A stretch of 64,000 nucleotides of DNA from Leucoraja erinacea (Eukaryota), in assembly GCF_028641065.1 (NCBI RefSeq), contig NC_073409.1, positions 434,001 to 498,000 on the forward strand, written 5' to 3'. Numbering within the stretch: position 1 is the stretch's first letter; each line of letters opens with the position of its first letter. The notes under the pieces were generated by a model, which was not told the origin of the DNA, searched no databases, and worked only from the letters and a program-made list of their open reading frames with translations. This document shows, piece after piece, positions 25,171 through 38,300 of this stretch. The translations under genes were made by a program, and so were the position numbers.

Positions 25171-25712
25171 ACGGGTGTCAGGGGTTATGGGGAGAAGGCA
25201 GGGGAATGGGGTTAGGAGGGAGAGATGGATCAGCCATGGTTGAATGGGGAAGTAGACTTGATGGGCCAAATGGCCTGATTGTGCCCCTATCACATGATCT
25301 AGATGCCTCAACCATTGGCTGTGCTTTAAGTGGGATTCTTCTTCTCTGATGAGTCAGATGTCAGTCTATGTTGAGATGCAGCCTGATTCAGGAGGACAGA
25401 CTGCCACTGAATGAGGGGATTGTTAATACTGTGTACAGCTACATAAAGATCTTTGTGGTTTCACCACACTGGCATGTGACAGGAAGACACCGTTGACATT
25501 GATGAACATTCTTGGGGATGCTTCATTTGCTACATGCATAGTGATGAGGACACCCATGAACTGGAAGGTCCAGCAGGAGCTGTAGACGTGGGCAACCGCT
25601 CATGCCAACTGGTGACATCACAAGCAGAGCTAACAAACTGTCTGCCTTGACATCGGTCACCTGTATGTTTCTGGGTGGACAATGTTGACATCCTGAACAT
25701 TTCTCCAGTAGA

Positions 25713-25810
25713 TAGACACACAAAGATGGAGTAACTCAGCGGGACAGGCAGCATCTCTGGAGAGAAGAAATGGGTGACTTTTCGGATCGAGACCCTTCCT
25801 CAGACTTCAA
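25713..25810 (-). mobile_element. Penelope-derived short element, 11-bp TSD
   Basis: Same family in reverse orientation; TCTCCAGTAGA at 25702-25712 and 25811-25821. Confidence 0.75.
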
Positions 25811-26574
25811 TCTCCAGTAGAAACTGGAAGGATTGTAAGGCAAACAGATTGATGGGAGTGGTGACTTGATAGCCACTAATTTTCAATTTGCCGACAGACA
25901 TCTGTGGGAACCTTTTGTGACACTGAATCTTGTGAGACCACGTAGTTTGTTACGTCAAGGAGACATATCCAATCTGTGCAGGAAGGAACTGCAGATGCTG
26001 CTTTACACCGAGGATAGACACAAAAAGCTGGAGTAACTGAGCGGGTTAGGCAGCATCTCTGTAGAAAAGGAATAGGTGACGTTTGGGGTTGGGACCTATC
26101 CAATCGTGTAGGAGGATGTAGCCTTTAGCACACTGCACCTCTCTCTTTCTTCTCACTTTACACTTACAGGTTTGGGTGTAGTAAGCTGTGGTTATTCCTG
26201 CAGTTCCTGCTCTCCCTGGTTCTTCTCCTGTCATTGTTAATCTTAGTTCTCTTGTGCGTCCCAGCATGCCTCCTCTGCTGAGCGATCGATCAGAGACCTC
26301 AAGTGGAGATGAGTAGTAACTACCTTCAGCGTTTCAAAATAACCTCCAAAATTCACAAAATTACCTTCCACAAATTCAATGAACAAAATCTTCTGTTTGA
26401 TTCTTTGCCAATTACTCAATCGCATGGTACATGGGTTTCTTTGTGGCTGTGGGATGTGAGGTCCTGCTGGTGCTGGCATGGGTTTCTTTCATGTGTTTCC
26501 ATTTTATTGGGAGCTTTCAGGAAGTTGGGCTCACAATGTCGATGTTGCCCAAAGACACCATCAGGTCAGATCAT

Positions 26575-26869
26575 CAGGTCAGATTTTAGGTCAGGTCGGG
26601 GGGAGTTCCCCCTGCCACGGGTACCATGTAATCCCGCGTTACCTGCTCCATGGTAGGATAGTCGGCGACTAAACCATCTCCCTCCCTGTGGAGGGGGCTG
26701 TGGATCCCCAGCAGGAGCAAAAACAAGACCTGTCAAAGGGCGGATGAGCTCCTAGCGAACCAACGGCCATCCACACTTCAGTAGAAGTTGCGATCACTGT
26801 CGTACATAGCATTGTAAGGCACCGTGCCCGTTGATGTTTTCAACAATGATGATGATGATGATGATGATG
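26575..26869 (+). mobile_element. Short RTE-like non-autonomous element ending in (GAT)n
   Basis: CpG-containing, hairpin-rich segment with aagacctgtcaaagggcggatgagc, resembling recalled RTE 5' UTRs; ends in tandem GAT repeats. Confidence 0.45.
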
Positions 26870-29334
26870 CAATGTAAGCAACAACGTTGCTCCTCCACCC
26901 AGATCCTTGCACGCAGCTTAATACTGTACGTAAAGTGGAGACACAAGAGACTGCAAATGTTGGAATCAGGAGCAAAAAACAAACTGCTGGAAAAACTGAG
27001 CAGATGGTGCAGCATCTGTGCAGGAGAGGAATTACTGATGATTTGGATCGAGACGCTGCATCAGGATTGATGGTGGAGAGGGAAGATAGCCACTATAAAG
27101 AGAGGGAGGGGTGACAGGGGTCTCTAGGTAATGGGTGGACCAAAGAGGGGTGGGAGATGATGGCAAGAGCTACTTGGGGTAGACTGGGTGGGATGGAATT
27201 GGGACAGTGGTGCAGGTGTAAGCAGACAAGAGACAAGGGCTACAAATGCTAGAACTCGATAAGTAAGAAACATTGATCCCTGAACGGCAGATGGAACCAG
27301 AATGGGCATGGATCCAGAGGGTGACGTGAGGTGGGTGGAACCTGGAGGAGGAGGAGGGAGATGAAAATGGGTGATAAGGAGCTGGGTTGGGGGTATGGAA
27401 AACGGAATAAAAAATTAGCACTGTGTGCGAGAGCAAAAATTAGAGCACTTTCGGACTGAGACCCAACGGCACCCATTCCTTCTATCCAGAGATGCTGCCT
27501 GTTCCATTGAGTTACTCCAACATTTTGTGTCTACCATGAGATCACTGGAGGTGGATTGGAAAGAGAGAGGAGAGCACAGAAGGTAAGGCTTACATGAAAT
27601 TGTAACATTCCGTGTTCATACCATTGGGTGTGGATTAACTGGGCAGAATGTGAGGTTCGTACCAAATCCATGGATTTGTACATGCAAATGGCAATAAACT
27701 CATCCTGACTTGTAATGCTGTATGTAATTGTGCCAGTTGGACCTAGTTCATCCACCTTTGTTTATGAACTGAATTTTCATGGTTGAATGGATTCATCCAA
27801 AATTCTTACTTCCCATCTTTTTGTAAATACTGCTACTAAACTATCCTCTCTTGCCTTGAGGCAATTATCAATTGTAAGGAAACTCATATTATCAGCCACA
27901 TATTCTCAATATGACTTTTTATTAACATCGTTTATTGGAACAAAAACAATACAATTGGAGCCAAAACTGCGCATTAACAAGGTCGGAACGACACCTTGTG
28001 TAGTCTGTAAATGTATAACTAATGTTCACTCATTTTCATATTTATTACAATTTTCAGTGCAGCACAAAAATACTATTATAGAATTCTCAACTTTAATTTA
28101 TTTTTTAAAAGTCATCGTTTAAATTGTTTAAAAGTCATGATACTACAGAACTGCACCAACTTTGTAAAACAAATGTTCAAAATAAATGCATTTTATCTCT
28201 CATAGATTTAATGTATAAATAATTAATATGTACCTCAGACATGACGTGGGGTTGAAAGCATCGTAAATAGGAACAGCTCCCTAGAAACGAGGGAAGCAGT
28301 GTCACAGAAAGTCATTGTAATTATGGAGTTGTTCAGATTCCATCCATGGATAAATTTGCAGTAAATGTATATTTAATGTAAACTTATACTCCATGCTGCA
28401 AGCCCTCCTGGTTTAGGATGAAGAGATTTGGAGCAAAATTTCCCTTTTTGAATCAAATAGCATTTGCCTGATAATTTGTGAGGCTGGTCATTAGTCTGGA
28501 CTATATTGATGCCTTCCAGTTCATTTGTTTCCCCCTGGGGCATTTAGATAATTTGCTGCTTTGAGACAATCCTGATAAACTTCCCACCCGATGGGGTGGG
28601 TTTCCTGTGCAACCAAGATAAGGGCATAACGTCCTCATTCGGTTTGATCGCACGGAGCTCACAGAATATCACTTTTCCTTCAATCCATCCATATATACTG
28701 ACGTTTGTTTTTTAAATGCAAAGGTCATTGCCCACTCTATCAGATCTTGAACAATAAAGGAAATTTCCTGCCTTTCAATTGTGGGTGGAAAACTAACACA
28801 TTACTTTATTCCTGCTTTATTTCAGTTACATTGATATCTAATCACTTGAAGTTCATCGGGTTAAATAACGAAGAACAAAGGGAATTATATGTTCTGCTTT
28901 GACTTCATGAAACCACGTGGCCAATAAAACAATATGATCAGGAGCAGGCATCATGCATATTCCCCCATTCTTTAGCATGGTTTATCTTCATTTCCCCACC
29001 CAGTCCCCTAGTCCCACCGTGCCCAAAATCAATCCATCACAGTCTTGTACACAGTGTTCTCCATGACATAATCATCAGGGTGAGGCCATTTACTCTGATC
29101 TCAGTCCAAACTGACCAATCTGTCACTCTGTGACTGTGGCCCCTATGTTTGGATGTTCATGCCATGGCAAAAAGTCTATCAGCTGTTTTCCTTTTAAACC
29201 TTCATGGAACTGTGTAGATGTCATTGCGGTTCCTTCTTATTCTTATAAATTATTTGCTGCTTCAATTCTGTGTCAACACCTGGATCAGACTGCTGATCAG
29301 TCCAGGTTTGTAACCAGCTGGCTTGTTTGGTCCT

Positions 29335-29620
29335 TTAAGCAATATCTATAGGAAGCACTGATTCAAAAAGGCAGCCGGCATCAGTCCCACACTGCCCTGG
29401 CCACACTCTCATTTCTCTTCTACCATCGGGAAGAATGCATAGGGGTATGAAAACTGTGACCACCAGATTCAAGAATAGTTTCTTCCCAACAACCATCAGG
29501 CTCTTGAACAATACATGAACTATACTTGAACTGATGAACTGTGGACTGCGTTCGGTTGCACAAAGGACGTTGGGGTTTTTTTTTTGCACTAGTATTGGGG
29601 TTGTTAATTTATTTGAATTT
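29335..29620 (+). mobile_element. Rex1/Babar-type LINE 3' fragment
   Basis: ccctggccacactctcatttctcttctaccatcgggaaga...ccagattcaagaatagtttcttccca; homologous to 49940-50050. Confidence 0.7.
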
Positions 29621-29659
29621 TTATTACAATTATATATGTGTGTTATGATATTGTGCCTG

Positions 29660-30320
29660 TTTTATGATACGATATGATCGAACTTTATTTATCCCAGGAG
29701 GGAAATTGATCTGCCATCAGTCAAAAACACAAAATATATGAAACATGAAATTAAAATGACGAGTGGAAAGGTTTGGGGATGTGCAAAGATTGGGAAGGGA
29801 ATGGGGAGTCAGTCTCAGTCTACTCCACGACAGAAGGGGGAAGAGTTGTAAAGTTTGATACCCACAGGGAAGAAGGATCTCCTGTGGCGTTTTGTCCTGC
29901 ATCTTGGTTGTACCAGTCTGTTGCTGAAGGTGCTCCTCAGGTTGATCAGTGTGTCATGGAGGGGGTGAGTTGTATTGTCCAGGATGCTCCGCAGTTTGAG
30001 AAGCATCCTCCCCTCCAAGACCAATTCCCATGAATGCAACTCCACCCCCAGGACGGAGCCAGCGTTTCTGATGAGTTTGTTGATCCTATTGGCATCCGCG
30101 GCCTTCACCCTGCTGCCCCAGCACACAGCAGTGAAGATGATGGCACTGGCTACCTCCGATTGGTAGAACATCTGCAGACTTTGTAGGAGTGGAGCCTTCT
30201 CAAAACGTACAGCTGGCTCTGTCCTTTCTTGGACAGGGCCTCAGCGTTCCTGGTCCAGTCCAGTTTACTGTCTCCCTGGTAAACTGCACATCCACGCCAT
30301 TGATGGAGACAGGGGACAAG
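29660..30320 (-). mobile_element. Rex1/Babar-type LINE 3' fragment
   Basis: FYQSEVASAIIFTAVCWGS...RINKLIRNAGSVLG...HPLHDTL...CRTKRHRRSFFPVGIKLYN. Confidence 0.85.
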
Positions 30321-32014
30321 GGTGTTCCTCTCCTCCTAAAGTTCGCCTATAGTTTTGTTGCTGCAAGTAAGGATTTCACCGTTCCATTGTTGGTACATAT
30401 GACAATTAAACACTCTTGCCTCGACTCATTTACAAGGAGGTGGTCACTTTGTGTATGAACCACTGCGTTCCTCTATTTCTGCATCTCTGTAACATCGGCA
30501 AATTTAGCTTATGCTCCCTTAGGTTATTCTCAAATGCATCAACAAATCGGGCAAAGAAAAAATGGGAAATACGAAATAAAAACAAAAAGTTCTACAGATA
30601 GCAGGTCAGACAGCATTCATTGTGAGAAAAACAAAGTTAATGTTTCAGATTTTATCAGAACTGGAAAATGAGGAATCAAATGTGTTTTAAAGTCCAGAGG
30701 AAGAAGGGTGGAGAAAACAAGGAAACATTCATGAAAGGGAGGTGACCACATTTGCTTCCTTGAACTTAAAGCACATTTGATTTCTAACTTTTTTTCTGTC
30801 TATAAAGACCAGGAACCTGAAATGTTAACCATTTCTCCATCCATTGATGCTGCCTGACCTGCTGAGTACTTCCAGCATTTTTGTGTTGGTGTCAAAATGT
30901 TGGAGCTACAGATGCCAAATTCCTGTTAAGCTTCTAGCTTATATAAAACTAAAGCACATTGCAGGCCAATAAATCAAAATTGACTTTTAACAAAAAACTT
31001 ATGTGCACCTCATAATCTAACAAATGCTGTAGGAAGGAACTGTAGATGCTGCTTTAAACCAAAGATGACACAAAAATCCGGAGAAATTCCAAAAGCTCAT
31101 TACTGAGCGGAAGAACAAATAGCAACTACACCTTTGCTTCCACAGGTGCTGCCTGACCTGTCGAGTTCCTCCAGCAGCTCGTTGTTTGTTCCAATCCCCT
31201 CAGCTGCTGGGTTTAACAGAACGTAGTCACACTCTTGAAACCATTGCCAGTCCCACCCAGTAACTAGAACGGACACTGACACTCCTGCCCTCATTCTACA
31301 GCCATGCATGTATGAATAATAAAGATGATTTCCCAATCTAACATTCTGTGGCCCTTTTAAGAGTCAAGAATGTCTAATTATCATTTGCACCAATGATGGA
31401 ACAATAAAGTTCTGGTGATGGATGGAGAGGCAGGTAATGGATGGATACAATCGAGAGAGCGAGTATCCACCTCTTACCTGCCACCCTTTGTCCTACCAAT
31501 CCCCTTTCCCAGTAAGAATCAGTCTAAAGAGGCACCCGACCCAAAACATCACCTATCCATGTTCTCCACAGATGTTGCCTGACCCACTGAGTTACTCCAG
31601 CACTGTGTCCTTTTCAATGAATGATACTTTAACCTTTTGGTATTAACCAGTATCTGTAGGTCCATGTTTACACATTCTTAACAATAAAATTTTTACTTGC
31701 AGCAGCACGAGGCTGTAAATGCAATACACTTGGATAATGTACAATATTATACATTGGGGGTGGGGGTGAAATCAATGTTGAAACAACAATACTTGTTCAT
31801 ATCTGCACTTTCTCTGTAGCTGTAACACCATAGTCTGCATGGTTTGAGCATGTATGGATGATTTGACCGGAAAGCAGGCAAGACAATCACTGTGTGTACA
31901 GAGAGGAACTGCAGGTGCTGGTCTCCACTGAAAATACACACAAAATGCTGGACAGGCAGCATCTCTGGAGAGAAGGAATAGCTGACTTTTTGGGTGGAGA
32001 CCTTTCTTCAGACG

Positions 32015-32330
32015 GGCGTTCGGTCGGGCCGTTCCACCCAACCCCGCTGCCCGGGTGCCGTAGCCCAGTCATCCCACTGCCCGGGCCCGAGGCTTTGCAC
32101 TAGGCCTTGCAGCACTAGGCCCGTTGCCATGGCAGCGCCGGCGCGGGTCAGAGGGCGCCGTGTCCGGTTGCCGTGGCGACGGGACGCGCGGGCCCGGCCT
32201 TCACTTGGCCGCCATGGGCGAGAGGACGTACAACTCGTCCGTGTTGCTCCACAACTGGTTCGAGGACATCGCCTTGGATCAGGTGAGGAGGCCGAGGGAC
32301 AAACATGGGGCACGGCTAGACCTAGAGCGG
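32015..32330 (+). promoter_or_regulatory. CpG-rich CFAP161 promoter/5'UTR with two RFX X-box motifs (GTTGCCATGGCAGC 32123-32136; GTTGCCGTGGCGAC 32167-32180)
   Basis: GC and CpG rise sharply relative to the flanks. Both motifs are near-palindromic matches to the RFX consensus GTTGCCATGGCAAC, which is typical of ciliary gene promoters. Confidence 0.8.
32214..32282 (+). CDS. CFAP161: CFAP161 coding exon 1 (MGERTYNSSVLLHNWFEDIALDQ)
   Basis: Strong Kozak context gccgccATGG; donor CAG|gtgagg; 69 nt, phase 0. Confidence 0.93.
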
Positions 32331-35300
32331 AATCCCCCCCACCCCCCCCCATGTTTGCCCTCACCCCCTCGTCCTCCCCCCTCACCCATTCTCACCCTCT
32401 TACCCCCCCTCCCCATCCCCCCCCCTCACCCTCCTCCCGGTCCTACCCCCCTCCCCCCTTCGTCCCCCCCCTCCCCATCCCCCCCTCACCCTTCTCCCCG
32501 TCTTACCCCCCCGCCCCCCCTCATCCCCTCCTCGTCCCCCTCCTTCCCTCCCCCCTCACCCATTCCCCCCCTCTCACCCCCCCCCCCCATCCCTCCCTCA
32601 CCCCCGTCCTCCCCCCCCCTTCACCTCCCCCTCACCCATTCCCCCCTCACCGTCCTACCCCCCCTCCCCCCCTCACCCCTCTTCCCCCCCTCACCCATCC
32701 CCCCCCCACCCATTCACCCCCCCCCCTCCTCCCCCCGCCCCCCCCTTCCCCTCCCCCTCACCCCCCCTCCTCCTCCCTCACCCCCCCCCCCTCACCCCCC
32801 CCCTCACACCCCCCGTCTCCCACTCCTTCCTTCCCGTGATAATGAAATGCAGGATCTCCTTATTGAACAAGAAGGTGGGGATATAAGGCACGGAGTTGTA
32901 CAGAATGAATTAAAGGGATATTTTACTAATGCAAAAATATATATTGTTTACATTGTCATTGTATCAAGATACTGTTCTTAATTGTCTACCTTGAGCTCTG
33001 GAACATTTTAAATTTAATTCAATCTTAACTGAAAGCATATTGGACAAACCGTTAGATGTAACAATAAATACTTAATGACTTCATTTAGCTATTTTGGAAA
33101 GCAGTTGTTTGTGTGCCAGCCGCAATGTATAAAGGGGGCACGCCCAGTAGTGAATGTGTAATTCATCAAATTCCTAGTATATTTGTTTACAGAAACAAGA
33201 GAGCACTTACTGGAATGCAAAACCTCGGTCAATAGTCATCTTTCCAAGTTATACATTGTATATTTTGAATTTGGGTAACGAACATAATCAATGTCTGAGC
33301 GTGACTTCCTGTAGAGCACAATTTGTGATGTTTTACTGAATTACCGAAGTTGCTGTAAAATTGTGACATCGCTAAGAATCCCATGAAAGTAGGCCATACA
33401 CTCAGAGTGAGTCTTTGGGAAGGTTTTTCTGGGAGCTTGTTTTCCATGCTAATGGCAAATGAAACACATCTTTTTTATTCCATAATTGCTGTAGCATATT
33501 CCCAGACTTTACTGTGACAAAGACTGTTTCTTTTCCCAATAAATAACTTGTTAAACTGACCCACAATTGCCACCGGACACCTCAATTAAATGTTAGAGAG
33601 GATGCTGCTCCTTTGTACTCTCTGGGTGGAAATCTTTCACTGGACATTACTTCAGTTTATATAGGCCAAAGCTCACTTTATTGCCTATTGCAGTTATTTT
33701 GGTTTACTTGCAATCTCGACCGTTCTCACTGTAACATAGATAATTCCACAACTCTTATCAAGTAAGCATGTTTAATCTGTCTAATTTTTACATGGGTGTT
33801 GTTTATATCTGTAAAAATCTTACCACATCTTATGTTTCCTTGTGATAGAAACATTTAATATATTTTGTTTTTGTTGGTCTATAAATCTGAATTACCTCAA
33901 ATGCAGCAATGTGAAATTAGAACCCAATGTTCAGTACACAGACCCCATCTAGTGGTTGTTTACAACAGGACATTATATAAAGATTGTAGGAGAGATTAAG
34001 TTTTTTGCTATTTTTATAACAAATGCTTGATACTGTCGTGGGTGGATGTTGATACTTGGGTAATGGAGAAGGGTAGAGGTGAAGTCAGTTGGGAAACAAT
34101 TGGGAGGGGTTAGTGGATGATAGTGGATACAGTAGAAGGGACTACAGACATGGAATGTATGGAGTGCATAATGGAAGTGATCACCAAGACTAATATTGTA
34201 AACGAATATGTAAAAGCGGATGAAAGCCTTGGATTGTCTTTACACCTAAAGGCTCCTTCAATGTGCTTGAGCATCGTCTGACCCCTGTATGACACTAGAC
34301 AATAGATAATAGGTGCAGGAGTAGGTCATTCGGTCCTTCGAGTCAGCACCGCCATTCAATGTGATCATGGCTGTTCATCCCCAATCAGTACCCCGTTCCT
34401 GCCTTCTCCCCATATCCCCTGACTCCGCTATTTTTAAGCCCTATCCAGCTCTCTCTTGAAAGAATCCAGAGAACCTGCCTCCACCGTCCTCTGAGGCAGA
34501 GAATTCCACAGACTCACCAATCTCTGTGAGAAAAGGTGTTTCCTCGTCTCCGTTCTAAATGGCTTACTCCTTATTCTTAAATTGTGGCCCCTGGTTCTGG
34601 ACTCCCCCCAACATCGAGAACATGTTTCCTACCTCTAGCGTGTCCAAACCTTTTGTTTCCCTCTCATATGGAATCAGAATGCTGTAATTGTCAGTGCAAA
34701 TGGCCCAACCTTGGAAGCTACAGACAAAAGTGTAGAAAGGAACTGCAGATGCTGGTTTACTCTGAAGATAGATACAAAATGCTGGAGTAACTGAGCGGGA
34801 CAGGCCGCATATTACCCATTCCTTCTCTCCATCTCTAGATGCTGCCTCTAGTTACTCCAGCATTTTGTGTCTATGTTTGGAAGATACAGGTTGGGGCACC
34901 TTCCACACATCCTTGTGTGCATTCCAGTGTTCTGGGACTACTTCAATATCAGGGTGATAATATATGCAATACTCTGGCAAGCTGTGTTGAGCAACAAAAG
35001 AGGGCGGAAGTTAATTTCAGAGGACTCTTCTGCTGATTAAGTACCTAGAATATCATCTTATTATGCTGTCTGTGTGGAGTTAGTACATTCTTCCTGAGAC
35101 TTTGCGAGGGTTTTCTCCGGGTGCTCCGGTTTCCTCCCACATTCCAAAGATGTGCAGATTTGTAGGTTAATTGGCTTCTGTAAATCCTAGCATGTAGGAT
35201 AGAACTAGTGTACTGGTGATCATTGGTTGGTGCGGACTCGGTGGGCTGAAGGGCCTGTTTCTACGCTAAACTAAACTTGCTTGCAGCAGCATCACTAGCA

Positions 35301-38300
35301 CAGAGACTCAGACAGCGCACAGAAACAAAAATTATACATAAATTACACAAATTCTGCAAGACTGTGATAAGAAAAAGACTGCAAAAAGCAAGACTTTGGT
35401 GTAAAACGCATTTAGAAAACAAGTCGGTGGTAGTGCAAGGGGTGATCCATTCTGCCGTGATACAACCACTCTGTACTTTCTACAGTGCTTCTGTAGAAGT
35501 TTGTTAGAGTATTCGGGGACATGACAAAGAAAGTAAAGGTGTGATTACATGTACAGGTACGTGCTGGGCCCAGGGCAAGTCACCTGAGGTGTTGATACCC
35601 AGGAATGTAAAGCTCCTAATTTTCTCCACTGCTGACCCACTAACGAAAACCTGTAACAGACCACCTTTGTCTTGATGCTTTATTGATTAAAAAAATACTG
35701 TGTAATCTTAACAGTTTATAATCAATTGCTTTGCATATGTGAATGATGGGTTAAAATTGGCCATGGTGGAGATGCGTTATTACGTAGAGTTGCAACCGTT
35801 GTTTGTTAGTTATTAAACTTCATCCAATTGTTGTGTAAAAACATGCTACCTCTACCTTTAAAAGGACAGAGAGCAATTTTCCATGTTTTAGAATGTCTTT
35901 AAAAGTATTCACATGATGTTATGTTTGACATGCCAATAAGCAATGCAAGCATATCAACAACTAAAACAAACGAGTCCTTGTGACAGCCAATGTTAGCCAA
36001 TTTGAGTGTTCTTAAGTTCCAAAAGAGATAGAAATAAGGATCTGAATGAAACTAATGATTCATTTTCCAATTGGCTTTGACTTTGGCATAGTCTCAAGGA
36101 ATGGATTACCATACTGTGACACAGTAACTATGGGATCTGTATGAAACTTACTAGAATCTTACCTTGGCCATCTTTGTGAGGTCATGAAACCTATATTGCT
36201 CTCTGCAGTGATTTGGCTTGTCCTGAAGGTTTTTGCATATTCCTTCAGATGGCCTGCAATACTCTTTCATTGATGCATTAGAAATCTGGGTGGATGTTTT
36301 CAGTTCTTCAAATTCTCGACGTTGCAGTTCATTCTGACGTCTTCCTAATAAGTGATAACGATCTATAACATCCATTAAAGGATATGCTGGAAAGATATTT
36401 GGCCCATTGCAGCCACTCCCCACTATCTCTCTCATCATCTCCAGCAATGGTACACTAACAGGATGGATTTCCCTATCTTGATGTGATGCCTTGTTGGAAG
36501 TTGTGGATGGGCAAATGTTACAACTGCTCCACCACATATCAATCAATGTGACGGAAGTTCAGGCATGACGTGAAAAATTGTCTCTGGTGACTTGAAGTTG
36601 TATTTATAGGGCAAGTAAGACAGAACACAAATGCTTCTTTAAAATATATCTTGCAGGATGTTCTTAAAGACTTCATTAACAGGAAGGAACGTGGCGAGCT
36701 TTTGATGCAAAAACTAGGATCTTTTAAAGATGATCTGCTGAATAAGGTGACCAATCTAGTTTAAGTATTACCATATTTATCTTAACTGTTATTTTCATTA
36801 ATTATTGAGTGTACTTTTAGAATCATGACTTTGTCACTGTAACAATTACAAGGTAATTTATTTTTACTTTGTATCTACAAGACTGCTTTAACTAAAATAA
36901 GCTGTTCAAATCTATTTGCTGTGGAGGTGATAAAATGAGCCGTTACATATTGTCACCTTTTGCCGGTTCATGGCATTATAGGTTGGGAGGCGTGACTCAA
37001 TGCCAATGTTTAAACCAGCTGTTTCACCTGTACAGTTGGGGAAAATTCTGCACCTGTTATGATTTGTGTTACCTCACAACAGCTTCATCTTACATTCATA
37101 GCACAATGTAGAGTGCATCAAAGGCCATTTAGCTTACTGATCTTTTTTCTAAAAGGTGCAAGTACTTTGCAATGAAATTACCTATAAATGCCCTCCAGTT
37201 AATGTTGAGTACAGAAACAACATTTGCAAGCCTCTGGCATAGATTATAAAACGGAGAAGCTTCATGTCTATGGCTCCTGCCTACTACCTACCTGCCTACT
37301 ACCTACCTGCCTACTACCTGCCTACTACCTAGCTGCCTAGTACCTACCTGCCTAGTACCTACCTGCCTAGTACCTACCTGCCTAGTACCTACCTGCCTAG
37401 TACCTACCTGCCTAGTACCTACCTGCCTACTACCTACCTGCCTACTACCTACCTGCCTACTACCTACCTGCCTACTACCTACCTGCCTACTACCTACCTG
37501 CCTACTACCTACCTGCCTGTACCTGCAGTACCTGCCTTCCACCTGTGGCTTGGTGCTTTCCATTTCCCTCAGTTCATCCTTGTGTTCTGAGTGTCTTAGC
37601 TGCTGAGTGCCAATGATATTTCCATCGTTGAACATCCATCAATCTTTGTCCTTATTTCTGGGTTATCATGGGTAATGTTTGGGACAGATAATGATGTTGC
37701 CATTATTCCCAAGAGGAAATGCTAACGATGTAAACTTGCCAGTTTTAGTTCTATTTCAATACCAGATTAGACCTCATTATCAGCATCACTGCCTGTCCCG
37801 CTGAGTTACTCCAGTATTTTGTGTCTTAGTTTGGTTTAAACCAGCATCTGCAGTTCCTTCCTACACTCTTCCCATTATCAAAGGTCAGTGTATTTGCATA
37901 TCTCTGCAATCTTGTATACATTTGCTCTCCAATAGCCTTCCCACTAGTCAGCAGTGGTGTGATTGCACCTTCTGTGTCAACTCCTTGACCTTTTCAGGAT
38001 GCCCTCTCTGCAGTATTGCCATATTCTCTTTAATCAATACTGCTGTTTACCACCTACCATCACAGAAACTGAATAGAATCAGCTCATTAAATCATAACTT
38101 CTGAGGCTGCAATTAACTTCAAGGTCTAATTATTCCACAGGGATTATTCAACATTAATATAGGTTGCAAATCTTGTCACCATGGTCAAACCCAAATTCAT
38201 GTGAGGATCATCATGTCTTTAATTACATCGATCTACAGTGTGAATATTTACACTTTATAGTCACTAGTTAAACTAATTGTGTGCCATTTTTATGCAATTT

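Noticed and set aside
25330-25680. Possible Harbinger transposase C-terminal relic (RC..DSGG-like, acidic stretch)
   Set aside because: The similarity is too short and frameshifted to support without a search.
1-32000. MESD/TLNRD1 exons expected upstream by human synteny
   Set aside because: No recognisable coding sequence for either was found; they presumably lie outside the window.
31994-32981. 281/285-aa proline-rich ORFs
   Set aside because: These are read-through of CFAP161 exon 1 into a C-rich intronic tract. The real exon ends at the donor at 32282.
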